Shown here one piece after another: positions 8,901 to 18,404 of a DNA stretch of 64,000 bases. The position numbers and the translations under genes were made by a program. The number at the start of each line of letters is the position of its first letter. Position 1 is the stretch's first letter. The notes below the pieces were generated by a model. It did not search any database. It worked only from the letters and a program-made list of their open reading frames with translations, and was not told the DNA's origin. This stretch comes from a virus (Duplodnaviria > Caudoviricetes), in the IMG/VR virus record IMGVR_UViG_3300037067_018912, positions 96,001-160,000 of that record; one strand, written 5' to 3'.

Positions 8901-10485
8901 AACCCCCGTGAGTTTTCATAATGTCGTGCAGCCTGTTCGCCTGATTCTCATAGCCTTTCCTGTAAACAAGGACGGGTTCAAAACTTGCAGGATGATTCGT
9001 TTGCTGTATCGGTATAATACCAAATCCTGCTTCTTTAACTCTGTCACGGAGCATGCGCCCACCAGTCAATCCGAAATTAATGAAACCAACATTTTTGTCA
9101 CCCGCAATCATCGAGTCAACGGTTTTTTCGTCCGAAAAACCCTCACTTGCATCAACCTCTTCTTTCAACGATCCATTTTCTTCCGCACCAATTTTTTCCG
9201 CCTTTATTATTTCAATAATATTGGGGTTATATATTATATAATGTTTTCTGTTATTGGGTTTTTCTATTATTTGACCGTCATAACCCAATCCTACCATTGC
9301 CCGTACAAATTCCTTGGGGTAATACCTAAAAAAATCATACCATACTTGTTGAAACAAATCTTTTTCATTCTTGGAATATTTAAAAAACGAATCGATGGCC
9401 GCATATAATCCCTTTTCAGGATTTTCTGACCAATTAGTCGCACTGTCCTCCCAAGTCGGAGACATTTTGATCAAATTCACCAATTCTTTTGGAGAAACTT
9501 TTCTGTGGGACGATTCGTCAAGTAACTTTCTTGGTGACAATCTTACTGTATGCATATAACCGCCATGACCGCCATACATCCATGCATCATCATAGTCGTT
9601 TGTAAAATAAATGCCAGGTCCTTCTTGATCCGTGGCTTTTTCAGCACCCACAAACTCATCGGTGAAACTATCAATTTTATTTGGAGAACCATGAAAGGCC
9701 AAAATACCACCTTCTTCAAAAGTTGTAATCGATTCGCCAATTGGTTTGATATCAAGATTGCTTATGTCGCCCTGGTTGCAAGCGGCACTTGTATTCCCCA
9801 TACCTCCGAGTCTGCATTTCTTCTTGACGCTGACGGCACTGCTGCCGGGCATATAGGATTGTAATCTCTCGTTTAAATTCTCACGGGTTAATTCTTCAAG
9901 CACCTGCCGGATTGTCTTAATATGAAAATCACGGTCTTCTTCTTTCAAGAACCCAATAACAGTAAACATTTGTTGCAACGCATCCACTGGGTTTATAAGA
10001 ACAAATTCCTTATATTTGAAACCTTCCTTACGAATGTAATTGATTATGTCTTTCAACGCCTTAATGAAACCCGCTTTGTCGCCGTTATTAAATGCGTTTT
10101 CCATTGCAGGGAAATAATCGTTCAACACTTCGCCTGCAATCCTTTTTGCGAGATCGATTTGTTCGTTAACATCACCCTCCCTCGGAACAGCATGTTTTAT
10201 TATCCTGGTAAGATAATAATCAATCCCTTCCGCCTCGGTCATAATGAACCTGTCTTTGGTAGCATCACCAACATGGTTATATTCCAAATCCTCGCTCAAA
10301 TTCTCTTGCGGTGGAAATTCATCTTGTCCAACAGCAGAATCGGTTGAGAATTTCGAAGACCCGTCTTCATCAACTGTATTGGGGGTCACGGCGGTCATTC
10401 CGTTTCTTATATCAGCACCACCGCCGATATCCGAAAGAATATCGTCATTGCCGTCGGCGTTGAATAATTCATGTAATTCATCCAT
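5962..10485 (-). CDS. Multidomain RNA-end repair polyprotein: ART-like, GNAT, CCA-adding/poly(A) polymerase-type nucleotidyltransferase, 2H phosphoesterase, HAD phosphatase
   Basis: FHGSP..GPGIYFT (~9.2-9.7 kb); EFRGRGFA...WYKSYGF (~8.4-8.7 kb); VGGAVRD, DLDI, RRDFTINSIA, DDPLRMLRAVQFAARFGF (~7.3-8.3 kb); HHMTI and PHITLA (~6.6-6.9 kb); FDFDGTL...YEDR (~6.0-6.5 kb). Confidence 0.85.
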   Translation of the reverse strand: MDELHELFNADGNDDILSDIGGGADIRNGMTAVTPNTVDEDGSSKFSTDSAVGQDEFPPQENLSEDLEYNHVGDATKDRFIMTEAEGIDYYLTRIIKHAVPREGDVNEQIDLAKRIAGEVLNDYFPAMENAFNNGDKAGFIKALKDIINYIRKEGFKYKEFVLINPVDALQQMFTVIGFLKEEDRDFHIKTIRQVLEELTRENLNERLQSYMPGSSAVSVKKKCRLGGMGNTSAACNQGDISNLDIKPIGESITTFEEGGILAFHGSPNKIDSFTDEFVGAEKATDQEGPGIYFTNDYDDAWMYGGHGGYMHTVRLSPRKLLDESSHRKVSPKELVNLIKMSPTWEDSATNWSENPEKGLYAAIDSFFKYSKNEKDLFQQVWYDFFRYYPKEFVRAMVGLGYDGQIIEKPNNRKHYIIYNPNIIEIIKAEKIGAEENGSLKEEVDASEGFSDEKTVDSMIAGDKNVGFINFGLTGGRMLRDRVKEAGFGIIPIQQTNHPASFEPVLVYRKGYENQANRLHDIMKTHGGYTADMTPEEGYEIGKLLDYTDESILKYLNRRYGVIELPQLAYAVNENGGVQEELTVNLPASSTGGGWNVHNIINDGEIVGEMELTDRKNQYLTLNKIIIHREFRGRGFADKAMRLLIDFADKNNKILTLTPDNVWGASKERLKKWYKSYGFVPNKGTHADYQTSESMYRLPKSLNEAVSTSLTDLPFKNDVEAVGGKIYSVGGAVRDEFLGKESKDLDILVTGIPFDELEKILSKYGVVNAVGKSFGILKFKPRGGEEVDVAIPRTETPTGEGGYHGFSVTSDHALPIEKDLERRDFTINSIAKDSEGNIVDPYGGREDLKNKIIRIVNPKAFSDDPLRMLRAVQFAARFGFTIEPETMKMIQTNAGRIKEIPAERVLIEFDKIVKKGNKRMGAQLLKNTGLFQNIFGFDIKQSTIDRSPFEDVKTMGEFIFLLIHLNPNPAGYYKNNLRGDINTYKEIKALDTAYNGSQESNPVKARAIAHNVYVLSPQTFQSTILPENIENAARELVQGKYPKTLGELTVNGNDLMTLGFKGSEIGDMLKSILLKIYADKLRNDKQELMKFAQQNKGVDVKRDIADIQEGVKSLNLDQFIDKYDQWNAGGRFHDPSKESVLRFLEDEFPDLVNDERLKNELRWMLTDREVLNEGVEERPPMKRVSYTGVILDKESRKQLLKVFKAMIPEGWEVVAHHMTIRLDELDPNSKEYLDMKGSKTITLNIVDYALNDLVMAVGVTGYPSESTKPHITLAINKEAGGKPAMSKELTDWKPLGFRFKVTGKIEEVENQLIETPQNTPRGVKRLAIFDFDGTLMNSPHPEVGKQEWTEKTGEKYPHIGWWSKPESLDLDIFDIKPFPGIYNQYQKEKSTPGTYVLILTSRIEKLRPQVEEILKRGGVHVDRLDMKNGDDDLDKGQKVLNYLKEFPDIQEINVYEDRDVELEAYNAIKNQIPENVRFNIYFADKGNLALTESKLLNTIKEEIQKLI

Positions 10486-10487
10486 TG

Positions 10488-11102
10488 TTACTTCTTATTG
10501 TAATGTTTATCATATATGTCATTGGTCAACCCATAATCAACCAAAACAGCCGTAGGCTTACCATTCCGGAGAATCTCACCATAAGTATTTATACAACTCA
10601 AATCCCCAAAATGAATATCATATTTAAAAACAAATTCTTCAAATTTTATGATGAAATTATCCCCATTCATATTATTTTCGATATTGACGGGCAATAAATG
10701 TCTCTTCTCGTTTCCCCTTCGTACTTCACCACAATTCACCAAATAAAAATAAACATCTTTCAACTTAAACCCTGTCAACTCCTTGAATTTTTTCAAGGTA
10801 ACCCTTCCGGCTTTTTCTGCAACCACCCAATCCTTGCAATCATTACTGTCAAGAACGTTGGCAAGAAATTCAAACCTCCTGTCCGTCCACCGGGGCAGGA
10901 AAGACGCCTCCACCGCATTTTGCATGAGACCTTCTTGGTTCACTGCCAATTTAAAAATTTTGGCGTCGTCGAATTCATACACGAATCTACCTGATCCACG
11001 GGCGATCTTCTTTAAACGTTTGTTACAATATTCAATCCTTTTTACAAAAGTATCGATTCCATTCAAACCTTCCAAAAAATTTGAAAATTCAATTTGTGTC
11101 AT
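10488..11102 (-). CDS. Protein kinase-like fold protein
   Basis: ARGSGRFVY..KIFKLA..QNAVE..GDLSCINTYG..LVDYG resembles the Gly-loop, Lys, catalytic loop and DFG-equivalent. Confidence 0.55.
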   Translation of the reverse strand: MTQIEFSNFLEGLNGIDTFVKRIEYCNKRLKKIARGSGRFVYEFDDAKIFKLAVNQEGLMQNAVEASFLPRWTDRRFEFLANVLDSNDCKDWVVAEKAGRVTLKKFKELTGFKLKDVYFYLVNCGEVRRGNEKRHLLPVNIENNMNGDNFIIKFEEFVFKYDIHFGDLSCINTYGEILRNGKPTAVLVDYGLTNDIYDKHYNKK

Positions 11103-11163
11103 CCCGAAATATTTTTACGGTATACACATAAATACATGAAAAAGGGGATAAAAAAAGCGCAAC

Positions 11164-11838
11164 TTACTGTTGCGCTTTCGCCTTGGTTTTGGCTTGTATT
11201 TCTCTGATCACTTCGACGACCACGCCTTTTATCAGTTCCCTGTTCTCTCGCAGGACTTCCTTTATTCTCTCGACAGCGTACATTTCGATTATTGTACTGT
11301 TGATGGCTTCTTCAAGCACCGGACCGAGGTTTTCAACCAAATGATTGTTGACTATTTTTTTGACGCTCTCTGCCAAGTACGCTTCATTCAGCATGGGTTG
11401 CTGATATACGTTCTCGTTCAAAGGTACGGTTGCTGGTTTGTGTCCTTGAGAAGGGTTTATATAATTCTGCATTGATTCCGCAAGCGTGCTCTTCTTTCTT
11501 TTTTCAAGGTCACGGTATAAATCCTCATCCCTTTCAGGAGACATTTCAACAGGACCGGGTTTTTCAATAGGTTTGCGTGCAACCTGCGTTTCAGATATAA
11601 CATGTCTTGGAGTTTCACCTGCTTTCAACGAAGCCTTATTGTCAACAGTTTTTATCAAATTCGTTGACACGGTATCTTTGCCAGTCTTTATTGCTTCCAC
11701 CAACCCGTGCAAAAATGCATCTTTCGGTGCTAAATTTGGACCAACACTTTCTCCAAAAGCCGATTGAGTCATATTTTTCTCTCTCTTGCTTTTCTCAATC
11801 TCGTTTTTTATTTTGCTTATATCGAAATTCTTTGCCAT
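11164..11838 (-). CDS. Hypothetical protein, possibly head-internal
   Basis: 224-aa ORF with upstream late motif and several L-x-E motifs. Confidence 0.65.
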   Translation of the reverse strand: MAKNFDISKIKNEIEKSKREKNMTQSAFGESVGPNLAPKDAFLHGLVEAIKTGKDTVSTNLIKTVDNKASLKAGETPRHVISETQVARKPIEKPGPVEMSPERDEDLYRDLEKRKKSTLAESMQNYINPSQGHKPATVPLNENVYQQPMLNEAYLAESVKKIVNNHLVENLGPVLEEAINSTIIEMYAVERIKEVLRENRELIKGVVVEVIREIQAKTKAKAQQ

Positions 11839-11870
11839 TTTATAAAAATTTATACTTTTTTATAAATACT

Positions 11871-12782
11871 TTAGGTTTTGAAAAAAGGCTTCCTTTCAAA
11901 TGGAATTGTTGGAAGTTCGCTCTCCTTCACCATTTCCTGTTTCTTCCTTTCCTCACTCTGCCTTTTCAAATCGTCCTTAATTTTTCTTGTCTGACGACCT
12001 GCCGCTACTTTTTCCTGCTTTACTGTTCTATCATATAAAGTGGTCAAGTCGCCGATTATCGCATTCTTCGGAAACACAATCTTGTTCTTGACGTGTATCA
12101 ACCTGAAATTCCCTGCATCATCTACCGCAACGAAATATGAATTCGGGGATTTGTGATAGACATCCTTTGTTTTATAATACAATCCATTTATGATATTCGG
12201 AGGCATGGCTTTCTTGTACCTGCCCGCATCTGCTTTCATAAAACCAACCCATTTGCCCTTCCGGGGTTCTATTGGGACTTCCCTTGGTACAAATTCTGGT
12301 TCTGTCTTCGATGATACATATGCGATGACACTCATCATATCATCGTCTCCACCTTCATGATAATCAGGAGGTATTATCACCTTCCCTTGTTCGTCGTTAA
12401 ACTTTTCTCCGGTCGGATATGCTTTACTTATTTTATCAACACGAAAGAACCTCCAACCAGGCTTAATGCCGCCGAAATGATCATCAACCCAATAATCGTG
12501 GCGATGATCGTCGGGGCGTGTCGGCCTGTTTTGAAACGTAACACTATTAGGATTATCTTGCCATGCCCTGAGAACCCTGCCATTCTTGTTCGTACCCAAC
12601 ACATAGGGGCGTATCGTTCTATACCCACTTTTGTTACTCCCGTCGCCCGCATAATAAATATACAGATATTGATGGTTGTTAATGGCGTCAACAATCATGT
12701 CGTCGTTCACGCCTTCGGTCAAAAGGGTTTCACCACGGAATTTCCTGATGTTATCGAACAATATGCCGGACTCGTTGGTCAT
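11871..12782 (-). CDS. WYL-like domain protein
   Basis: IYYAG...GYRTIRPYVLG...LRAWQ...GWRFFRVDKI matches the WYL pattern R.I.P..L.....L.A......R.FR.D.I; no HTH seen. Confidence 0.65.
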   Translation of the reverse strand: MTNESGILFDNIRKFRGETLLTEGVNDDMIVDAINNHQYLYIYYAGDGSNKSGYRTIRPYVLGTNKNGRVLRAWQDNPNSVTFQNRPTRPDDHRHDYWVDDHFGGIKPGWRFFRVDKISKAYPTGEKFNDEQGKVIIPPDYHEGGDDDMMSVIAYVSSKTEPEFVPREVPIEPRKGKWVGFMKADAGRYKKAMPPNIINGLYYKTKDVYHKSPNSYFVAVDDAGNFRLIHVKNKIVFPKNAIIGDLTTLYDRTVKQEKVAAGRQTRKIKDDLKRQSEERKKQEMVKESELPTIPFERKPFFKT

Positions 12783-13021
12783 TAGGCGGTTGCGTCGTTG
12801 TATTCTCTGTTCCTGTTGAATTTATTTCTGACCATTGAAGTTTCCCTCGTCTTTATGTCAGTAATACCTCCAACTTGATTGTTTACTTCACCCTTACCTT
12901 TTTCATCACCGTTTGACAATGCGTTCGAGTGTGCAACATTGTACGGGGCGTTATTGTCATATGAATTCCTGGCGACATTCGTCTTCCGGAAAGTAACGCT
13001 GATGTCCTCTAATCTGCTCAT
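12782..13021 (-). CDS. Hypothetical protein
   Basis: 79-aa ORF with upstream late motif; its stop overlaps the next start. Confidence 0.6.
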   Translation of the reverse strand: MSRLEDISVTFRKTNVARNSYDNNAPYNVAHSNALSNGDEKGKGEVNNQVGGITDIKTRETSMVRNKFNRNREYNDATA

Positions 13022-13064
13022 TTTTTAATGTATTAAGTTCGTTGTTATTTATCATAAATACGGG

Positions 13065-13853
13065 TTAATCGTATTTTTTAAACGTCAATGTAATGTATTC
13101 AATCAAATGCGGTACTGTGTCGAGATATTCCATCTCCTCAACGCTGAACCACCCATATTTCGTATTTTCTTTCTGATCAAGTGCAATATCGGCAGTGTCA
13201 CCATTGAACCTGCAAGCAAAAATATGCTCGATACTATCTGAATGCCTTTGAATGCTGAATGTCTTGATGAATTTTTTTATGTCGAGATCGGTTTCTTCTT
13301 TAATCTCCCTTTTAACGGCCTCTTCTGGGGATTCTCCTTTTTCAATACCGCCGCCGACCAACGCCCATTTATTGGGCATCCAATATTCCTTATGATCCGC
13401 ACGTTTTAAAAGAAGAATTTTATTGTCATCGTTCACAATTATTGCAACCGCATTTTTCTTCAATTCCTTCTTGTCTTTCTTTTTTTCCTCATTCAACACA
13501 GGTGTTTGCGAAGGCTGCAATTCCAAATTTGGATTGACATTTGCATCTTGTGTGACTTTTTTCGCTTGTGCAACAGCATTCCTATCTGTTGCAAGGGAAG
13601 TCTCAATGAATGATTTCATCAAATCACCCCCGGCAAGTGCATACTGCATCTTGTTGTTAACCTGTTGATCAAAATGATCGAAAAAGTTCTTCAACCTCTT
13701 CATGTCCTGATAGGTTATACTGCCGTTTTTTAAGAGGAATTTGGCTCTTTTAACGCCTTCACCCCCCGGAGTGGATACCAAGGTCGCCTGGATGTATTTC
13801 AGCACGTCAGGTGGAATCCTGTACGTTTTATCGTATAATTCCGAGTTCATCAA
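13065..13853 (-). CDS. Nudix hydrolase with an N-terminal domain of unknown function
   Basis: Nudix box GGIEKGESPEEAVKREIKEETDL. Confidence 0.85.
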   Translation of the reverse strand: MMNSELYDKTYRIPPDVLKYIQATLVSTPGGEGVKRAKFLLKNGSITYQDMKRLKNFFDHFDQQVNNKMQYALAGGDLMKSFIETSLATDRNAVAQAKKVTQDANVNPNLELQPSQTPVLNEEKKKDKKELKKNAVAIIVNDDNKILLLKRADHKEYWMPNKWALVGGGIEKGESPEEAVKREIKEETDLDIKKFIKTFSIQRHSDSIEHIFACRFNGDTADIALDQKENTKYGWFSVEEMEYLDTVPHLIEYITLTFKKYD

Positions 13854-14672
13854 TTACTGTTTTTTTAATCCTGCACGTGCAAGACTGTAGATATATTCTT
13901 CAACCTCATGCTTGTCCAAACCGATTTCACCTGAAAACTTGTGAATATCCTCATCGTTAAAATCCCCTTTGTAATCAGCCACAAAATCTTTGATCTTCTG
14001 CTTTTGTTCGGTAGAAAATTCGGATTCCTCTTTTTTACTTTCCAATAGATTGATCAACTTGTCGATATCGCCTTTCTCGAATTTCTTGTTGATGAGTCCG
14101 GCAATCTTTTCAACCTGCTTTTCACGAACTTCTTTGTCTTCACCCTTCTTGGACATTTCATCTTCGGATTTTTTGTCAATCACTTTGTCCTCAACGACTT
14201 TTTCTTCGGAGACTGCAGATTCGTCAAGATTTTCAGGCTGTTTGAATGAACCCTCAAAATATTTTTCAAATATTTTAACAACCTTTTGAGAATTCGTGCT
14301 GAAATTGAATATTTGGTTGTCGTCGTGTTGCCCGTCTTGGACTATTCGCCTGTAATCACTTTTGATTTTATTGGGGTTGCGGAAATAATATTCAAGGAAT
14401 TCCTTATATAATTCAAGAAATTCATTGGAAACTTCCTTTACCAGTTCAGTTTGTTCTTGATTTTCCTCACCTTCGAAGAACGGCAGGAGTGTGAATCCGA
14501 AACGGCCAAGCATGTCATATCTGAAAGGTTGATTACCTTTCTGCACATTCTGATCGGTAGTGCTATTGGCTTGAGTGTCCAAATCACTACCACTTCTTGG
14601 AATATCGTCGCTTCCGATCAGGTCGCCGTTTGAATCAATTATTTCATTCAGTTCCTTCTTCGTTATTTTCAT
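13854..14672 (-). CDS. Hypothetical acidic protein
   Basis: 272-aa ORF with upstream late motif; begins MKITKKELNEII. Confidence 0.65.
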   Translation of the reverse strand: MKITKKELNEIIDSNGDLIGSDDIPRSGSDLDTQANSTTDQNVQKGNQPFRYDMLGRFGFTLLPFFEGEENQEQTELVKEVSNEFLELYKEFLEYYFRNPNKIKSDYRRIVQDGQHDDNQIFNFSTNSQKVVKIFEKYFEGSFKQPENLDESAVSEEKVVEDKVIDKKSEDEMSKKGEDKEVREKQVEKIAGLINKKFEKGDIDKLINLLESKKEESEFSTEQKQKIKDFVADYKGDFNDEDIHKFSGEIGLDKHEVEEYIYSLARAGLKKQ

Positions 14673-14705
14673 GATGATGCATTTTCATATAAATACTACT
14701 AATTA

Positions 14706-17700
14706 TCAATATGCACCATCACCCCCGTCGTCAATATCTCCATCACCCTCGTCATCCTCATCAGGATCGCCAGCGAGTTCACGTTTTTTCTTTTTATAAT
14801 AATCGTTGAACAATTCTTCTGCATCGGGTTCGGCTTTCACAAGTTCTTCCAATGTATACTTTTCCGGAATACCGACTTCATGTTTAAAATCCTCGAAAAT
14901 CGCTTGTTTAAGTTTGAATTCCAATTCCTTGGCTTCGGATTCTTTATCCTCTTCATCTACTTTTTTAGCCGCCAATTCAGACATCTTGAGTTCTTGAAGT
15001 TTTCTTTCCTGTTCTTCCCGTCTCCGATCGAGTTCTAATTCGAGTTCACCTTTGGGTACTGTAACATTTGCCCTCACTATTTGAATATAAGTGCCGTTGA
15101 ATGCGCCAACATGATATTCACTACCATCCTTGATCAAAACAAAATCGCCTTCCTTATATTCGCTATTGATTGATTTGATCCTTGGTTTGTTGTTTTTGGT
15201 CATCAAATCATTCAAATAATTCAGCGCATTCTCGTAAATCTCATAATAAACCATGTGTTCGTCATCATTATGCATTTTAAAGCCGTCCCAAATTAACCTT
15301 GGATCATACCCGGTTTTGTTCCAAAATTCAACTTCCATCTTCTCCAAATGCATTGATTCGTCGAAATCATCAAGATCGAAATTCTTTAAAACCAAATCAT
15401 CGCTGGTGAACTCACCTCTTTCTTTATCCAAGTCACCCTGTTTGTTCGTCTTGACAAGTATTTTCTTGCGGATTTCAGGATCGAAACCCACCAACAGTGT
15501 CGTCACCCTTTTATTAAATGCATCAAGGTATTTTTCATAATTATATTCGCCTTTCAATTCCGAATTATTGAGAAGATCGTCATTATCGATCAATCTCGCA
15601 GCAAACCTCTCTTCCCCTGTTTTCTTATCTTTCAGTTTCCTCGAATCCCCATGAGACTTTTTATAACCACAATTGACATAATATACCATACTGTCCAATT
15701 CCGGTTCAGGAGGCATGTAATTGGCAACGAGTTTCATTATAGTATTGATGTCATTGACATCTTTAATTTTTTCCAACGCAAATTCTTCTTTGTGTTTTTC
15801 GTAAAGTTCCCTTGCGATCCGCTCCCTCTTTTCGATAAGAAGTTCCATATGCGCCTGCATCCCTTTCTGCCTACCGTTCTTATCCTTGCCTCTCTTCTTG
15901 TATGCGGCCAACGTGGTTTTTACCTTGCTTTTGCTTGCAATCTTCTTCAACGGAATTTCCATATAACGAATGTCGCTTACATAATCATAATAATAATCGA
16001 CAAATTCCTTACTCTTACCCAAAAGAATCATTTTCAAAGCCTTGTCGATGAATTCTTCAATATATTCCGACATGACCTTAGATTTTATCGTGTTTCCTGT
16101 GAGTTTGATCTTCTCTTTCAACTCCCCAGTTTTCTTGTCCTTGGCCATTGAAAGAGTGGCATAATTGATACGAGACAGGTTGAGACATGCAATCGATTCT
16201 CCATCTTCATCGACCGACATATACGGCGGCTTCATCTCCTCTTTGTTGTATTTCTCAATCAATGCATGAATTCCCGTTTTCCCACCGTATTGCCACATTT
16301 CTTCAATTGGTTGTTCAATTTCTTCATGAACCACACCTTTATCAGTGATCCTGATTTTTGATTTTTCAGGAAAATGAAAGTTTATACCATCTGTAACCGC
16401 AAGAAGAGCAATGCAACCATAACCATTAAACCATTTTATAGCATGACGCAAGTGAAGTCTTCCTGTGCAAGTGATTCTTGCCGCACAAACATTATCTGAC
16501 CAATTGAACGAGATTCCCGATCCTAACGCTCCGAACATGGAGTTATTCAAAATTTTGATAGGGAGTTGCTTAATTTTGCACATCGCTTTATCTGCAGGAG
16601 TGAGTTCCTTGTTAACGTATTTCACATGAAGTTGGGGATCGATCTGTCTTAAAAGCGTCATCTCCTCATTGTTGAGTTCACTGCCGAGTGCAAGTTTCTT
16701 GTAGATGTTTCTCGTTGTGGTGAGGTATAACAGCATCTTCTTCATCACACCCGTGATGTCGAATATTGGGAATACATCCTCCGACAACTGTATTGAGGGA
16801 TACAAACCTGCGTAGTCGATTTTTAATAACCTTGTGGTATACCCGGATTTATAGCACCTTGCCAACCCCCCAGAGAATTTCAAATTCTTATCACAAATCG
16901 GAATCGCCAAATCGTTTTCATATGACCATGCTGTCATTAGAAGATTCCAAATACTCGCAGTTCCCATCGTACAAATCCTTTGATATGTCGTTGGAACGAT
17001 TTTAGCAACCATAAAAGACGATTGGTTGTATAATTCATCAACCTGCTCAGTCTCCCACAAGTCGTCGAGCAAATATTGTTTAACAAGGTTCTTTCCGCTT
17101 ATAAATTTCAAAAGTTTCTTCGGCAACGCTTCCTCCCTAAACCAAGCCACAAAACCGGGATTGGCGTCAAGGCATTGTTTCCGCAGTGTATTATATTGTC
17201 CTTCTGGAATTTTACTCTTGTTATATTGTAAAACGAGTAGTTTTTTTGCTGTTTCTTGGTGATTTTCAGGAACTTGCACGTAGTTATTGAACTCGTCAAT
17301 AAGAAAGACCTTGTTTTCATAATAAAAACGCCCTATTGAATTATCCTCACCGTCGATATACGTTCTGTTAGGTCTTGCAACTTTCTCGAACTTTGCAATA
17401 TATTTCAACCCGGTCTCCTTGATATCGCTGTTGACCGCAGCCGTCCTCCTTACAGCGTGATGTATATCAATCACAGAAATACCCCACATTTCGGTCGCAG
17501 TGAATTTCTCTACAGTGCCACCATATTTAAGGGAGACGTCCGCTCTTCTTTTCAATGGAATATCTTTATTCAAGGATGTTGGAACTTCTGATAAGTCCAT
17601 ACCGAGAAGTTTTGCCCTACCCAAAATAAAATCAAAGTCAAATGTTTCCGAGAAATAACCGGAAATAACAGCGGGGTTCAAATAATGCAATAAATTGAAA

Positions 17701-18404
17701 AATCCCTGTATGATCTTTACTTCGGATTCGTCGTCGTTCACCTTATCAACTTCGAGGATGATTTCAAAGCCACGGTTGTCTCTGACCCCAATAGCAAAAA
17801 CCCTTGCAATTTGGTAGCGCAACCCTGTGGTTTCAATATCGAATGTTACCTTATGAACGTCCTTATACTCTTCATATCCTTTGTATAACCGGGTTCTTGT
17901 GGAAATGAAAAATTGTTCGACAGGTCTTGGAGAATAAAACAAATCACGATGTTTGTAAATGAATTTTCCTTTCTTGTCCCTTTTCCATTTGCCTTTTTCA
18001 TCCTCTTCTTTTTTATAAGGATCAAGACCACCTTCTTTAAAATAATTAACAATTGAATTATACGATTTGCTGCTGGTGACTTTATAACAATAACCATCAA
18101 GCAGCCTTTTTTGATTCCCGGTCTTTAATTTTTTTATCTTAATTCCGTATTTCACCGCCATGCTCTCACAATAGAGACTGGAATGACCCTCGTACAATTT
18201 GATTCCTAATTTATCAAAATCTTTTATGTACATGAAAGGTTCGTATTCGACATTAATGATCTTCGGATTTTCTTTTGGTGCATGAATAACACACTTCGCA
18301 ACATTGGTTGAAGAATCAGTTTCAACATTGACCAAGTATTTCAGATCATTATTGTAACCGTCGAGAAAACTTTTGATTTCGGTAAGTATGCTGATTTTAT
18401 CCAT
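14706..18404 (-). CDS. polB: Family B DNA polymerase with 3'-5' exonuclease
   Basis: ExoI FDIETTG; motif A DYAGLYPSI; motif B KILNNSMFGAL; motif C AVTDGI. Confidence 0.93.
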   Translation of the reverse strand: MDKISILTEIKSFLDGYNNDLKYLVNVETDSSTNVAKCVIHAPKENPKIINVEYEPFMYIKDFDKLGIKLYEGHSSLYCESMAVKYGIKIKKLKTGNQKRLLDGYCYKVTSSKSYNSIVNYFKEGGLDPYKKEEDEKGKWKRDKKGKFIYKHRDLFYSPRPVEQFFISTRTRLYKGYEEYKDVHKVTFDIETTGLRYQIARVFAIGVRDNRGFEIILEVDKVNDDESEVKIIQGFFNLLHYLNPAVISGYFSETFDFDFILGRAKLLGMDLSEVPTSLNKDIPLKRRADVSLKYGGTVEKFTATEMWGISVIDIHHAVRRTAAVNSDIKETGLKYIAKFEKVARPNRTYIDGEDNSIGRFYYENKVFLIDEFNNYVQVPENHQETAKKLLVLQYNKSKIPEGQYNTLRKQCLDANPGFVAWFREEALPKKLLKFISGKNLVKQYLLDDLWETEQVDELYNQSSFMVAKIVPTTYQRICTMGTASIWNLLMTAWSYENDLAIPICDKNLKFSGGLARCYKSGYTTRLLKIDYAGLYPSIQLSEDVFPIFDITGVMKKMLLYLTTTRNIYKKLALGSELNNEEMTLLRQIDPQLHVKYVNKELTPADKAMCKIKQLPIKILNNSMFGALGSGISFNWSDNVCAARITCTGRLHLRHAIKWFNGYGCIALLAVTDGINFHFPEKSKIRITDKGVVHEEIEQPIEEMWQYGGKTGIHALIEKYNKEEMKPPYMSVDEDGESIACLNLSRINYATLSMAKDKKTGELKEKIKLTGNTIKSKVMSEYIEEFIDKALKMILLGKSKEFVDYYYDYVSDIRYMEIPLKKIASKSKVKTTLAAYKKRGKDKNGRQKGMQAHMELLIEKRERIARELYEKHKEEFALEKIKDVNDINTIMKLVANYMPPEPELDSMVYYVNCGYKKSHGDSRKLKDKKTGEERFAARLIDNDDLLNNSELKGEYNYEKYLDAFNKRVTTLLVGFDPEIRKKILVKTNKQGDLDKERGEFTSDDLVLKNFDLDDFDESMHLEKMEVEFWNKTGYDPRLIWDGFKMHNDDEHMVYYEIYENALNYLNDLMTKNNKPRIKSINSEYKEGDFVLIKDGSEYHVGAFNGTYIQIVRANVTVPKGELELELDRRREEQERKLQELKMSELAAKKVDEEDKESEAKELEFKLKQAIFEDFKHEVGIPEKYTLEELVKAEPDAEELFNDYYKKKKRELAGDPDEDDEGDGDIDDGGDGAY

